A stretch of 64,000 nucleotides of DNA from Nitrososphaerota archaeon (lineage in GTDB: Archaea > Thermoproteota > Nitrososphaeria_A > Caldarchaeales > Calditenuaceae), in the NCBI GenBank assembly GCA_041641295.1, contig JBEPYO010000001.1, forward strand, positions 1,088,001 to 1,152,000, read 5' to 3'. A program made the translations under genes and the position numbers. A model generated the notes under the pieces. That model did not search any database, was not told the DNA's origin, and saw nothing but the letters and a program-made list of their open reading frames with translations. Position 1 is the first letter of the stretch. The number at the start of each line of letters is the position of its first letter. Of the stretch, positions 26,873-36,760 are shown piece by piece.

Positions 26873-28651
26873 GTGGTAGGAATATCTGAGCGCCTCAGCG
26901 AGTTTAGCGCGAGGCGCCTCCCCTACTGGAGGGATAAGCTTGAAGCCCTCAGCAAGAGGCGCCAGGCCTCTCCGATGTATAGGGCTGACTTTTTGGAGAG
27001 GCTTGAACAGAGTTTTAAGGATTGGAGTAGGCGGTATGCTGAGGCAGCGGCAACCGGTGAGCGGAAGGCATTCTTTAAGACGACCTCAGGGTTTGAGGTC
27101 AAGCCCCTATACACCCCACTCGACGTTAAATGGCTCGACTATGAAAGTGACTTAGGATTTTCTGGCCAGTATCCATTCACACGCGGCGTCTACACCACAA
27201 TGTATAGGGGCAAGCTATGGACTATGAGGCAGTTCGCAGGCTTTGGAACACCAGAGGACACTAACAGGCGTTTCCGCTTCCTCTTAGAGCATGGTGAGAC
27301 CGGGCTAAGCATCGCCTTCGACACACCCACCCTCTATGGCTACGACCCCGACAACCCGAGATGTGAAGGAGAGGTTGGGAAGTGCGGAGTCTCTGTCGCC
27401 ACTGTCAGGGACATGGAGATAATTTTCGATGGGATTCCGCTGGACAAGGTGAGTGTATCGATGACGATAAACGCGCCCGCTGCTGTGCTTTTGGCCATGC
27501 TGATAGTTGTCGCCGAGAAGCAGGGGGTTCCCATGAGGCTGCTCAGGGGGACAACCCAGACAGACATCCTAAAGGAGTTCATAGCACAGAAGGAGTGGGC
27601 CTTTACACCTGAGGCACATCTCCGCATAATAAGAGACATGATGGAGTTTTGCACCCAGAACATGCCATACTGGCACTACATCAGCATCAGCGGCTACCAC
27701 ATCCGCGAGGCAGGGGCGACTGCATTGCAGGAACTCGCATTCACACTCATGGATGGATTCACCTACGTCGACCTAGGAGTCAGCTCTGGAATGAGTGTCG
27801 ACCAGTTTGCCCCGCGATTCTCATTCTTCTTCAACTCGACGATCAACTTCTTCGAGGAGATAGCGAAGTTCAGGGCGGCGAGGAAGATATGGGCGACGGT
27901 TTTGAAGGAGTTTTACGGCGCGAAAGACCCTAGGTCTATGACGCTCAGGTTCCACACACAGACCTCTGGAGCATCGCTAACATGGCAGCAGCCACTCAAC
28001 AACATAGTCAGGACAACTATAGAGGCGCTTGCGGCAGTGCTTGGGGGGACACAGTCGCTACACACAAACTCTTACGATGAGGCTTGGGCCCTTCCCACAG
28101 AGGAGGCGGTCCTCGTGGCTCTCAGAACACAGCAGATAATCGCTGAAGAGACTGGTGTTGCTGACACGATAGACCCGCTCGCTGGATCATACTATGTTGA
28201 GTGGCTGACTGAGCAGTTGGTGGAGGGCGCGCTGAAGTATTTCGAGAGGATTGACGAGCTTGGGGGAATGCTTGAGGCCATAAAGGCCGGTTACCCCCAG
28301 AGGGAGATACATGAGTCGGCCTACAGGACCCAGCTGGCCTTCGAGAGGGGAGAGGAGGTGCTGGTTGGCGTCAACAAATACACCATCCCCGACGAAAAGC
28401 CGATAAGGTATCTGGTAGTGGATGAAAAAGTTGTTAAACAGCAGGTTGAGAGGCTTCAGCAAGTGAAGAGGGAGAGAGACAATGAGAAGGTTCGAAAGGC
28501 TCTCGAAAACCTTCGGAGAGCATTTGAGGACGAAAGCGTCAACGTCATGCCCTACATAATAGAAGCAGTCAAGAGCTACGCAACGCTAGAGGAGATAATG
28601 AACGTTGGACGAGAAGTATTCGGGACCTGGAGCGAGCCCGTGATAATCTAG
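26873..28651 (+). CDS. B12-dependent acyl-CoA mutase large subunit with isobutyryl-CoA mutase-type residues
   Basis: [63 protein letters not shown]. Confidence 0.9.
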   Translation: MVGISERLSEFSARRLPYWRDKLEALSKRRQASPMYRADFLERLEQSFKDWSRRYAEAAATGERKAFFKTTSGFEVKPLYTPLDVKWLDYESDLGFSGQYPFTRGVYTTMYRGKLWTMRQFAGFGTPEDTNRRFRFLLEHGETGLSIAFDTPTLYGYDPDNPRCEGEVGKCGVSVATVRDMEIIFDGIPLDKVSVSMTINAPAAVLLAMLIVVAEKQGVPMRLLRGTTQTDILKEFIAQKEWAFTPEAHLRIIRDMMEFCTQNMPYWHYISISGYHIREAGATALQELAFTLMDGFTYVDLGVSSGMSVDQFAPRFSFFFNSTINFFEEIAKFRAARKIWATVLKEFYGAKDPRSMTLRFHTQTSGASLTWQQPLNNIVRTTIEALAAVLGGTQSLHTNSYDEAWALPTEEAVLVALRTQQIIAEETGVADTIDPLAGSYYVEWLTEQLVEGALKYFERIDELGGMLEAIKAGYPQREIHESAYRTQLAFERGEEVLVGVNKYTIPDEKPIRYLVVDEKVVKQQVERLQQVKRERDNEKVRKALENLRRAFEDESVNVMPYIIEAVKSYATLEEIMNVGREVFGTWSEPVII

Positions 28652-28658
28652 CCGCCCC

Positions 28659-29093
28659 TCACACCGCCTCCTTCCACCTCTCCTTCCTCACCCTCTCGAC
28701 GATATGGTCTATTATTGTTTGGAGAGGTGTGCCTGGTCCAAAGTTTCCCGTAATGCCCTCCTTCTCCAAGATTGGTTTATGCTCCGGCGGTATAATGCCT
28801 CCTCCCACGACCAGTATGTCACCGGCATTCCTCTCCCTCAGGAGCCTAGCCACCTTAATGAAGTTCGGAATATGGTCTGCATTGTGAAGGCTAAGAGCCA
28901 CCACATCAACATCCTCTTGGATTGCTGTCTCAACTACCTCTTCAGGACTCCTCAAAATCCCGCCATAAACCACCTCAAACCCCGCATCCCTGAACGCCCT
29001 AGCAAGAATTAAGAGGCCCCGGTCATGCCCGTCCAGCCCGGGCTTAGCAAGCAAAATACGAATCTTCCTGTGACGCGTGGTCTGGCCCGCCAC
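28659..29093 (-). CDS. Cobalamin-binding small subunit of the acyl-CoA mutase
   Basis: KPGLDGHDRG (DxHxxG), AIQEDVDV, VGGGIIP, FGPGT. Confidence 0.92.
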   Translation of the reverse strand: MAGQTTRHRKIRILLAKPGLDGHDRGLLILARAFRDAGFEVVYGGILRSPEEVVETAIQEDVDVVALSLHNADHIPNFIKVARLLRERNAGDILVVGGGIIPPEHKPILEKEGITGNFGPGTPLQTIIDHIVERVRKERWKEAV

Positions 29094-29354
29094 ATATTAT
29101 AAAATGCCTGCAGATGTAATTAAATTTTGGCTCTCACAATATTGTCGAAGATTGGCTCACCCTTTCTGCGTGTATCACCGAAATTAACGATGATGTTCGG
29201 ACAGGAGGCATATTTAAAGGCTGGGGGCTTTAGCAATCCACTTGGATAAGCTCATGAAATTATAATCCGGACAACTGGCGAAATAAGATAAATCATCCAT
29301 ATCCATCATTCTCCAACAACAGCTGTCTTTATTTCCAACTAGACTGGCTGGATT

Positions 29355-30341
29355 TTACTCATCATTCTCCTTCTTGACTTCTCCCCTTATCATTGAAAGT
29401 ACAATAGCAGCAAACAGGATTGAGAATATAATTGATATTGACAACCATACTGGTATTTGGATGAACCGTGCTATGAGTATTTTTATTCCCAAGAAGAATA
29501 ATATGCCAGCTAGGGCGGGCTCAACATACTTGAATCTAAACATTGTAATAGCTATTAGAGAGTAAAGGGCTCTCAGCCCCAGTATTGCGGAGATATTTGA
29601 AGTGTATGCGAGGAAGAAGTTCGATGTAATAGCTATAACGGCGGGGATAGAATCGAACGCGAATATTATGTCTGATGTTTCAATTGCAAGTAGGGCTAGG
29701 AGGAGTGGAGTAAACATTAACCTATTATCCCCTTTTGAACGAACTATAAACTTGGCACCCTCATAATAGTCAGCTATTGGAAGAACCCTCTGAGCCATTT
29801 TTACTACAGGGTTTCTTGAGGGATCTACTTTTACCTCTCCCACCCTCAGTAACTTATATCCCGCATACATCAATACAGCACCGAAGATGTATACGGTCCA
29901 GTGGAATTGCTCTATCAGCCAAAGTCCTCCGGCTATGAATCCGGCTCTTAAGACGATTGCCGTAACTATTCCCGCATACAATACGATCGGCTGTACGCGT
30001 GGGAGGACTGAGAAATAGCTGAAGATTAGTGCGAAGACAAACAGGTTATCCATGCTTAAACTCTTCTCTACTACGAATGCCGCATAGTACAATCCTAGAG
30101 AATGCAGCTTATCTTCTGGGGCTGCAAACCAGTATACAAACACGCCCCACATCAGGCCTACCGCTATCCATAAAGCAGACCAAGCTCCAGCCTCCTTATA
30201 CGTCATCGCATGCTTTCTTCTAACACCTATAATCAGATCTATTGCTATGAAGACTAGTATGACTATGTGATATAGTTCCCAGAACCACGTGGGAACTTCT
30301 ATCTGCACCTGGGTTTGAAGCTCAGCGGGATCTAAGCCCAT
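29355..30341 (-). CDS. TerC/Alx family metal homeostasis membrane protein
   Basis: EKSLSMDNLFVF, IETSDIIFAFDSIPA, SNISAILGLRALY. Confidence 0.92.
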   Translation of the reverse strand: MGLDPAELQTQVQIEVPTWFWELYHIVILVFIAIDLIIGVRRKHAMTYKEAGAWSALWIAVGLMWGVFVYWFAAPEDKLHSLGLYYAAFVVEKSLSMDNLFVFALIFSYFSVLPRVQPIVLYAGIVTAIVLRAGFIAGGLWLIEQFHWTVYIFGAVLMYAGYKLLRVGEVKVDPSRNPVVKMAQRVLPIADYYEGAKFIVRSKGDNRLMFTPLLLALLAIETSDIIFAFDSIPAVIAITSNFFLAYTSNISAILGLRALYSLIAITMFRFKYVEPALAGILFFLGIKILIARFIQIPVWLSISIIFSILFAAIVLSMIRGEVKKENDE

Positions 30342-30399
30342 ATATTGTCAGCGGGGATGGTATGCTTTTAATTAATTTAAAAACCATTCTTAATGGGCC

Positions 30400-31425
30400 C
30401 TAAAGTATTCTGATATATTCCCTGCCAGCCCCCTCATATGAGCCTATAAGTATCTGTCTCCAAGCCTCCTCACCATTCCTCCGCGCCACCTCCAGCTTCC
30501 CATAAGCCTCGACAAGGTCACCCTCCCTCAAAACACCTGCCAACATCATGTCATAACACACAATCCTATCAATACTCCCACCCTCATCCTCCACGAAATA
30601 CACCGCCGGCGTAAAGAGCGACTCCCGCACATCAACCACTCTGCCCCTCACCTTGGCCATCCCTAGAGTGGAGTAGACCACCTCGCCATACTTGTACACT
30701 GGAGCCTCGCGTACACCATGTACTGAGAAGGGCACTCCACTGAATACTCCCTTGTTTATGACGTTGGATGCGAGTCTGCGCAGGTCATGCGTTGATACCG
30801 GGTATCTTGACGAGGCCCGGATAACCCATCCCTCAGGATCGCTACCACCCAGTAAAGCCACCTCGCCCTCACGGTGCAGCTCCTTAAGCGCTTCAAGAAC
30901 CCGCCACAAATTATCCGTGCCATAGACCACCAAATCTATATCTGAATCCTGATGATGGATTGCGGGAAGGATCGACCCAGTAACGCCGAAGTGGTCTATA
31001 GGGACGCCGGAAACCTCTGTAAGCCTCTCAACGAGTGAGACTAGAAGTCTTTCAAGTCGATTGTTGGTGGGTCTGCTCAATAGCTCTTTGAGCCGCCTCT
31101 TAGAGCTGTATACTCTGGTAATGCTGCTGATGGGTGGTGCTATGACCTTAGCGCCGACGGTAGGATCGTGGAACACGTAGCCGGGCTGCCTCTCTTCTAC
31201 GAAGTTGATTATTTTTAGAAGCTCTGAAACCGTGTACTGTCGTATTACCCTGATGAATTTTTTCTCACCATTCCCCCAGATGCCATTACCTGGTACGTAT
31301 TTGAGCAGGCTCCAAACCCGTCCCGCTGGATGAACGTCGCCTAAAACTAGGAAAATCCAGCCGTCAGTCGTCTCGAAATAGTCGTGGTCCCTTACTGACC
31401 CGTCGTGGCCTTCACTCTCCTGCAT
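30400..31425 (-). CDS. Predicted archaeal nucleotidyltransferase-domain protein
   Basis: GVTGSIL...SDIDLVVYG polymerase-beta-like motif; HP.GRV..LLKYVP; C-terminal OB-like region. Confidence 0.75.
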   Translation of the reverse strand: MQESEGHDGSVRDHDYFETTDGWIFLVLGDVHPAGRVWSLLKYVPGNGIWGNGEKKFIRVIRQYTVSELLKIINFVEERQPGYVFHDPTVGAKVIAPPISSITRVYSSKRRLKELLSRPTNNRLERLLVSLVERLTEVSGVPIDHFGVTGSILPAIHHQDSDIDLVVYGTDNLWRVLEALKELHREGEVALLGGSDPEGWVIRASSRYPVSTHDLRRLASNVINKGVFSGVPFSVHGVREAPVYKYGEVVYSTLGMAKVRGRVVDVRESLFTPAVYFVEDEGGSIDRIVCYDMMLAGVLREGDLVEAYGKLEVARRNGEEAWRQILIGSYEGAGREYIRIL

Positions 31426-31454
31426 TCCTCCTTAAAACAGCTATCTTGGCGGAG

Positions 31455-32417
31455 TTATAACTGTATTTTACGCATAGCGTTTTCGGAGACGATATAATCG
31501 TCGGGTGTATTTCCGATGAATATTCTGAGCCTTCTCGTGACTAGGTCTATCTCTAGCCTTCCCCTCGCGGTGAAGCGTTCTCCAGCAAAAACCTGTTCTG
31601 CAAACCTCGACCGGTAGGACACCGCTTCTCCACACTTGTAGGCCTCTTCACCACCCTCAAGCACCTCTTCGACAGTGACCCGCAGCTTCATAGGCGTATA
31701 ACAGCCGAGTGAGTCTTCCTCCACCACACCCCTCACCTTGACATATCCCAGCTCCCTCCACTTAGCCGTCCCCCATGGTTCCCAGAAATCCTCGGGCCGC
31801 TTCACAATCTTGGCCGAATAGACCACTCCCCTGAAAAGACCGTACGTGGACTTCCTACCCTCGTGCACTAGCCAGACGTCGAGGCCAAGCTTAGAGTCTC
31901 TACGCTTTAAGGCCAGGTCTTGAGTGTGTTCCCGCGTCACGGCCCCTGTAACGCCACGGTCCCTGAGCTCTCTCAAGGCCTCTATGGCCCGAAGCCCCCT
32001 CGGCTCCACCACGACTATGTCAATATCAGACCACCTCTTATGCGCCTTCAAGAGAATGGAGCCAGAGATTCCTATCGACTCGAGGGGAAGGCCACCTTCC
32101 TCCGAGAGGAGCCTCCCAAACTCCAAGGCCATGCTGGTCAACCGGTCAATTGGCTGAAGGTTTCTGAACCCCTCAAGCGAGGAGAGATACCTCTCCACAC
32201 TCTCAACAGGGATCTGGGGCAAAACCTGCCCCGAGTGGTCGTCGAAGATTAGCCAGCCCCGAACCCTGTCCTCTATGTAGGCATACACCTCCTCCAGAGT
32301 GGCCGCCCGTCCTAGACGGGGAAAAGCAACAACCTTTCCTGGAGGGTGTGAAACACCTTTAACAGCCATAAACCCCAGCTCGCCGACATAGATGTAGTCG
32401 CCTTCAATCAAGCCCAA
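31455..32417 (-). CDS. Predicted archaeal nucleotidyltransferase-domain protein (paralogue of 30400-31425)
   Basis: GISGSIL...SDIDIVV; HPPGKVVAFP. Confidence 0.72.
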   Translation of the reverse strand: MGLIEGDYIYVGELGFMAVKGVSHPPGKVVAFPRLGRAATLEEVYAYIEDRVRGWLIFDDHSGQVLPQIPVESVERYLSSLEGFRNLQPIDRLTSMALEFGRLLSEEGGLPLESIGISGSILLKAHKRWSDIDIVVVEPRGLRAIEALRELRDRGVTGAVTREHTQDLALKRRDSKLGLDVWLVHEGRKSTYGLFRGVVYSAKIVKRPEDFWEPWGTAKWRELGYVKVRGVVEEDSLGCYTPMKLRVTVEEVLEGGEEAYKCGEAVSYRSRFAEQVFAGERFTARGRLEIDLVTRRLRIFIGNTPDDYIVSENAMRKIQL

Positions 32418-32479
32418 ATCCCATGATAGTGATGGGTTTTAAAAGAGATAGTGTCGGAGCAATCACTCTATCCGCCCTC

Positions 32480-34090
32480 CTATCTTCTCAGCTCCCTCTC
32501 CACTGACCTAAACATCCAGACCTGTGTCCAGATGGGTGTCCAAGGAAGCATGGTGAGCTGGTACTTGCTATCCAGGGCTCCCTCAACGACCTCGGGCCTG
32601 CCCTTCGACAGATAACCCTTAGCAATTAGTGATGCATACCTCTCGGCATCTTCGGGGTCGAGATAGTGCCCCATATAGAGTATCAGTTCGGAGAGGTCCC
32701 AAGACTTGTTGCCCTTAAGAGAGGCCTGTTCTAAATCCACCAGCCACGTCTCGGATAAGGGCTGCGCAATCATGAAATTGTCGGGTTTACAGTCTCCAAC
32801 CACTACATCTCGCTCATGCACCTCAGCCAGCATTCTACCGACACCTATCGTTATCTCTTCTAGCCGTCTGTCTCCAATCCTTCCACGCTCACGAGTCCAC
32901 GCCTCCGTCAAATTATATCCTCTGATTGCATTCTCAACTAGCACTTTATCACCCCAAGAGAGGTAAACAACACGTGGAACACGAAGCCCCTTCTCAGCCA
33001 AGTAGCTCAGGAAGAAGACCTCGTTACTCATCCTAGTCCCCGGTGAGAAGTAGAAGTTTCTCAGAGGCATGGCCCAAAGCTTGGCGGCGACCCATTTAAT
33101 ATCAGTCCAAGAGAAGTATCTCTTAACGAATAGAGCCTCTTTCGGGCTGCCGTCCACATATATTCGGAGGAGATAAGTCGAGTTTAGTATGGAGCCTTTC
33201 CTATCCAGCTTGACTTCGGCGTCCTCCAGTGAGAGGTGCTTTTTAATTGCCTCGATAAGCGGCTCGTCGCTTGAGATTGGTTGGAGGCCGTGGAAGGTCT
33301 TGATAAAGGCCCACTCCTCAGGCTCCATCTCAGCCAAGCTTGCAGGCGACTTTGGATAGGCCTCTGCGAGTAATAGCCTGAGCGCCCCGATCGCCACAGC
33401 AGGCTCCCTCACAACTCTTGTGACCTGGGGGTTGAATGGGAGCTTGAGTCTAGGCCTACTCCCGCCTAGGTGTCCCCGCATGACCTTTGAAGGGTTTAGG
33501 GCGTATAATTCGCCGTCTTTCTGTAAGACCCCATCCTCCTCTCGGGATGACTCATCTAGGGCTGTCCTCAGCCGAGATATGACCGTGGATAGGTGTTTTT
33601 CGCGGAGGCCATTCTCGGCGTTTAGCCACCAGAAGAGCCGGGTCAGGCTCGGCATGAGCGCTAGTTTGGGTTTGATCCACCTCAACAGGAAGTAGAGGGG
33701 GTGTAGCCTCACGTGGATGGCGGCGAGCTCGTAGCTCTCGATGACTGTTTCTGTTACGCGCTTGATTACTCGCTTCAAGTAGTGGGACTGTAACTGGCTA
33801 ATGACCTCTCCTCCTTGGACTACCTCGAAGGGTGTTAGGAGCCGTATCGCTAGGCTGTCGCCCAAGATGGAGGAGGAGACGTCTCTCTTCACAAACCCGA
33901 GTGGCGCTACTATCTCTCTGCGGCCGTCATCTACTGAGACTTCCAGTCCACGTCTCTCATCGCCGCTCATCGCCAACCGCTCAGCGATCACCGAGCCGTC
34001 GCTCTTGACAGGATATTCAAGCACCGCGACTATTTTTTCTCCGGCAGAGCCTTCCCTTCTCCGCCGCGCCTCGCCATCCCGTTCCAGCAT
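32480..34090 (-). CDS. Protein kinase-like fold protein (Bud32/RIO/Kdo-like C-terminal domain)
   Basis: LFVKRY, VHERDVVVGDCKPDNF catalytic loop, LVDLEQA. Confidence 0.75.
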   Translation of the reverse strand: MLERDGEARRRREGSAGEKIVAVLEYPVKSDGSVIAERLAMSGDERRGLEVSVDDGRREIVAPLGFVKRDVSSSILGDSLAIRLLTPFEVVQGGEVISQLQSHYLKRVIKRVTETVIESYELAAIHVRLHPLYFLLRWIKPKLALMPSLTRLFWWLNAENGLREKHLSTVISRLRTALDESSREEDGVLQKDGELYALNPSKVMRGHLGGSRPRLKLPFNPQVTRVVREPAVAIGALRLLLAEAYPKSPASLAEMEPEEWAFIKTFHGLQPISSDEPLIEAIKKHLSLEDAEVKLDRKGSILNSTYLLRIYVDGSPKEALFVKRYFSWTDIKWVAAKLWAMPLRNFYFSPGTRMSNEVFFLSYLAEKGLRVPRVVYLSWGDKVLVENAIRGYNLTEAWTRERGRIGDRRLEEITIGVGRMLAEVHERDVVVGDCKPDNFMIAQPLSETWLVDLEQASLKGNKSWDLSELILYMGHYLDPEDAERYASLIAKGYLSKGRPEVVEGALDSKYQLTMLPWTPIWTQVWMFRSVERELRR

Positions 34091-34201
34091 CTTGCTATAT
34101 CCATCAATAGGGCTGCCGCATTACTAAATAAAGAGTCGCCGGCTCGTTAGCCTCTGTGGGGAGCGATTCTTTTTAATCTGGGCTGCTGGGATTTAGGGTG
34201 T

Positions 34202-35536
34202 ATGGTGGGGGCGCGGCGAGTGGCTTTAGAGGCTTTGAGAACGGCGAAGAGGCTGGGGGCTACTGACGCGGCGGTTGACTTGGCGGACGTGACCATCTAC
34301 ATGATACGCTTCTCAAATAATGAGATAACGGTCTCGAAGGTGTTTGACGAGTATGAGGTCTCGGTTTATCTGGCTATAGGTGAGAGGCGGGGGGTGGCCT
34401 CAACCTCTGTCCGCAGCCTCTCTGAGATAAAGAGGTTGATTGCGGGTTTGGCGGAGACTACTCGGCTGGCGGGGCCGAGTGATGTCTATGCGCCGCTTCC
34501 AAGGGGGCCGTTCAAGTATGATAGGGGGCTTCTCTCGCGGGGGAGGAGGGCTCCTCCACCGGAAGACGTTGTTGGGTGGGTTGAGGAGGCTGTTTCGGGG
34601 GCTAGGAATAGTGGTGCTGTTCGGGTTGCAGGGTCCCTCATAGTGAGTGAGGTTCGTAGGACTCTCTACACCTCTGGTGGGGTTAGGGTAGAGTCTAGCA
34701 GTGAGAGGATTGAGCTGTCGGTTAGGGCTTTTCTAAATGGGGCGTCGAGTGGGCAGTTCTCTACTGCCACGGCTAGTAGGGAGGAGTTTAACCCCTATAA
34801 GACTGGGGAGATGGCGGGTGAGGTTGCGCGTCTGGCGAAGAACCCGGTGAGCGGTGAGCCGGGCGTGTATGACGCTATACTAGGCCCCATGACCTTCGCC
34901 AACATTTTAGAGGAGGTGGGGAGGGCGGCTTCAGCCTACAGCGTTCTCACGGGGCTCTCATTCCTAGAGGGCAAGATTGGTGAGTTGGTTGCGTCTAAAA
35001 TCCTCACGCTCATAGACGACCCTACACTACCCACCGCGTATGGCTCAGAGGCCTTTGATGATGAGGGGCTTCCGACCAAGCGTAAGGCGATAATAGAGTC
35101 TGGGGAGCTTAAGACCTATCTACACAATAGTGCGACGGCGAAGAAGTTTGAGACTGAGAGCACGGCTAATGCTGGATGGATATCCCCCGAGCCTTTCAAC
35201 CTAGTCGTGGAGGGTGGAAGCGCCACGCTTAACCAGCTGTTATCAAAGGTTGATAGGGGGATCTTCGTTACCAATGACTGGTACCTTAGGTATAGGAACT
35301 TCAGGACTGGAGACTTCTCGACTATTCCGCGCGACGGTCTCTTCCTAGTTAAGAATGGGAGTATTGAGGCTGCGTTGAAGGATCTGAGGCTGAGTGATAA
35401 TATTTTGAGGATTATGAGGAATTTGGAGGAGATGACGGCGGATAAATACTGGATAAAGTGGTGGGAGGTGGAGGTCCCGGTGAGGGCGCCTTATGCTCTT
35501 GTGAGGAATGTGAACTTCACGAAGTCCACTATTTAG
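34202..35536 (+). CDS. TldD/PmbA family protein
   Basis: IRFSNNEIT, LTLIDDPT, FDDEGLPT, YLHN, STANAG, TGDFSTIPRDG. Confidence 0.88.
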   Translation: MVGARRVALEALRTAKRLGATDAAVDLADVTIYMIRFSNNEITVSKVFDEYEVSVYLAIGERRGVASTSVRSLSEIKRLIAGLAETTRLAGPSDVYAPLPRGPFKYDRGLLSRGRRAPPPEDVVGWVEEAVSGARNSGAVRVAGSLIVSEVRRTLYTSGGVRVESSSERIELSVRAFLNGASSGQFSTATASREEFNPYKTGEMAGEVARLAKNPVSGEPGVYDAILGPMTFANILEEVGRAASAYSVLTGLSFLEGKIGELVASKILTLIDDPTLPTAYGSEAFDDEGLPTKRKAIIESGELKTYLHNSATAKKFETESTANAGWISPEPFNLVVEGGSATLNQLLSKVDRGIFVTNDWYLRYRNFRTGDFSTIPRDGLFLVKNGSIEAALKDLRLSDNILRIMRNLEEMTADKYWIKWWEVEVPVRAPYALVRNVNFTKSTI

Positions 35537-35560
35537 CTGGGGTGCTTTTTCTCAGTTGGT

Positions 35561-36052
35561 TTAGAATTTGTAGCCTATTTTTCGGAGGAACTCTCTCCGC
35601 TCGCGTATGTTTTGCTCGTTCTCGATTCCTTTGGGCTTGTAGCCGTCAACGACGCCTATTATTCCGCGGCCTTGGTCGGTCTCCGCTACTATTACTTGGA
35701 GTGGGTTTGCGGTTGCGCATAAGATGGTGCATACTTCGGGGACTTCTTTGAGTCTTCCAAGTATGTTGATTGGGTAGAGGTTGCGTGTGAATATTAGGAA
35801 TGTGTGGCCGCATCCTATTTTGAGGAGGGTTTCGGCTGCGAGTTTTCTTAGTTCTTCGTCGGTTCCTTCGTGTCTGATGAGGCATGGGCCGCTGGCTTCG
35901 CTGAAGGCGAGGCCGAATTTTGCGCCGGGGACTGTGTTGACTATTGCTTCGTAGATGTCTTCGACGCTTTTTATGAAGTGGGTGATTCCGAGTATTGCGT
36001 TGCACCCCTCGGGAGTCTCGACTTTTATGACCTCGAGTTTGACGGTGCTCAC
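35561..36052 (-). CDS. Adenosine-specific kinase family protein (DUF355)
   Basis: [46 protein letters not shown]. Confidence 0.88.
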   Translation of the reverse strand: MSTVKLEVIKVETPEGCNAILGITHFIKSVEDIYEAIVNTVPGAKFGLAFSEASGPCLIRHEGTDEELRKLAAETLLKIGCGHTFLIFTRNLYPINILGRLKEVPEVCTILCATANPLQVIVAETDQGRGIIGVVDGYKPKGIENEQNIRERREFLRKIGYKF

Positions 36053-36117
36053 GGGGCTAGTAGTGTTGGGGGATTCTAAATAATCATTTGCGCCGGGGAG
36101 GGGCGGGGGTAGGGGTG

Positions 36118-36549
36118 TTAGCGGGATAGTAGGATGACTGCGCCTATGGCCATTGCTATTCCGAGGATTTTTGTCCAGGTGATTGATTCGCCTAGGAAGA
36201 GGAGGCTGAGGAAGGCGGCTAGTGCTAGGCCGAGTCTTGAGATGGGGATGATGGTGCTGCCTTCGCCTATTCGGAGGGCTGTCATGAGGGCTATTAGTGC
36301 TATGGAGATGGTTACTCCTGAGATGAGGGCGTAGGGGATTAGTCTGGGGCCCATTTCTGGCATGTGGCCTTCGATTAGTAGGGCTGCTACTGGGAGGATT
36401 GCCAGCAGGGTGAGGGTTTCTAGGAGGAGGTATCCTGTTGGTGAGCCGCCCTCAATCATTCCTTTCCGTCTGATGAAGTCTGTTAGTCCTAGGCAGAGGA
36501 AGGCGACGAGTGCTAGGGCTATGTCTAGTCTTGCTGCTTCTGCTGTCAT
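36118..36549 (-). CDS. Single-domain EamA/DMT family membrane protein
   Basis: 5 TM segments; [28 protein letters not shown]. Confidence 0.8.
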   Translation of the reverse strand: MTAEAARLDIALALVAFLCLGLTDFIRRKGMIEGGSPTGYLLLETLTLLAILPVAALLIEGHMPEMGPRLIPYALISGVTISIALIALMTALRIGEGSTIIPISRLGLALAAFLSLLFLGESITWTKILGIAMAIGAVILLSR

Positions 36550-36760
36550 GGGGTTTATTGTAGCTGTTCGGTGTCTTAAAGGCTTGTGCTGGGGGTGTCT
36601 TGGCCTTTGGGGTGTTTTGCTGGGTGGTTTGGGGGTTTATATAGTGTTGTTTTTCGGGGTTTTGGCGGGTTTCTGCGGGTTGTTCTAGGGTTTGGAGTTG
36701 TCCTAGAATGGATGGGTCTTTATGGTTGGGTTTGGGTTGTTTGGGCTGCGTGATTGGGAA

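Noticed and set aside
30342-30399. yybP-ykoY riboswitch upstream of the TerC/Alx gene
   Set aside because: The intergenic gap is under 60 nt and filled by an AT-rich promoter
35550-36750. Strong G/T skew
   Set aside because: Largely explained by A/C-rich codon usage of minus-strand genes and the adjacent promoter region; no origin-type repeats seen
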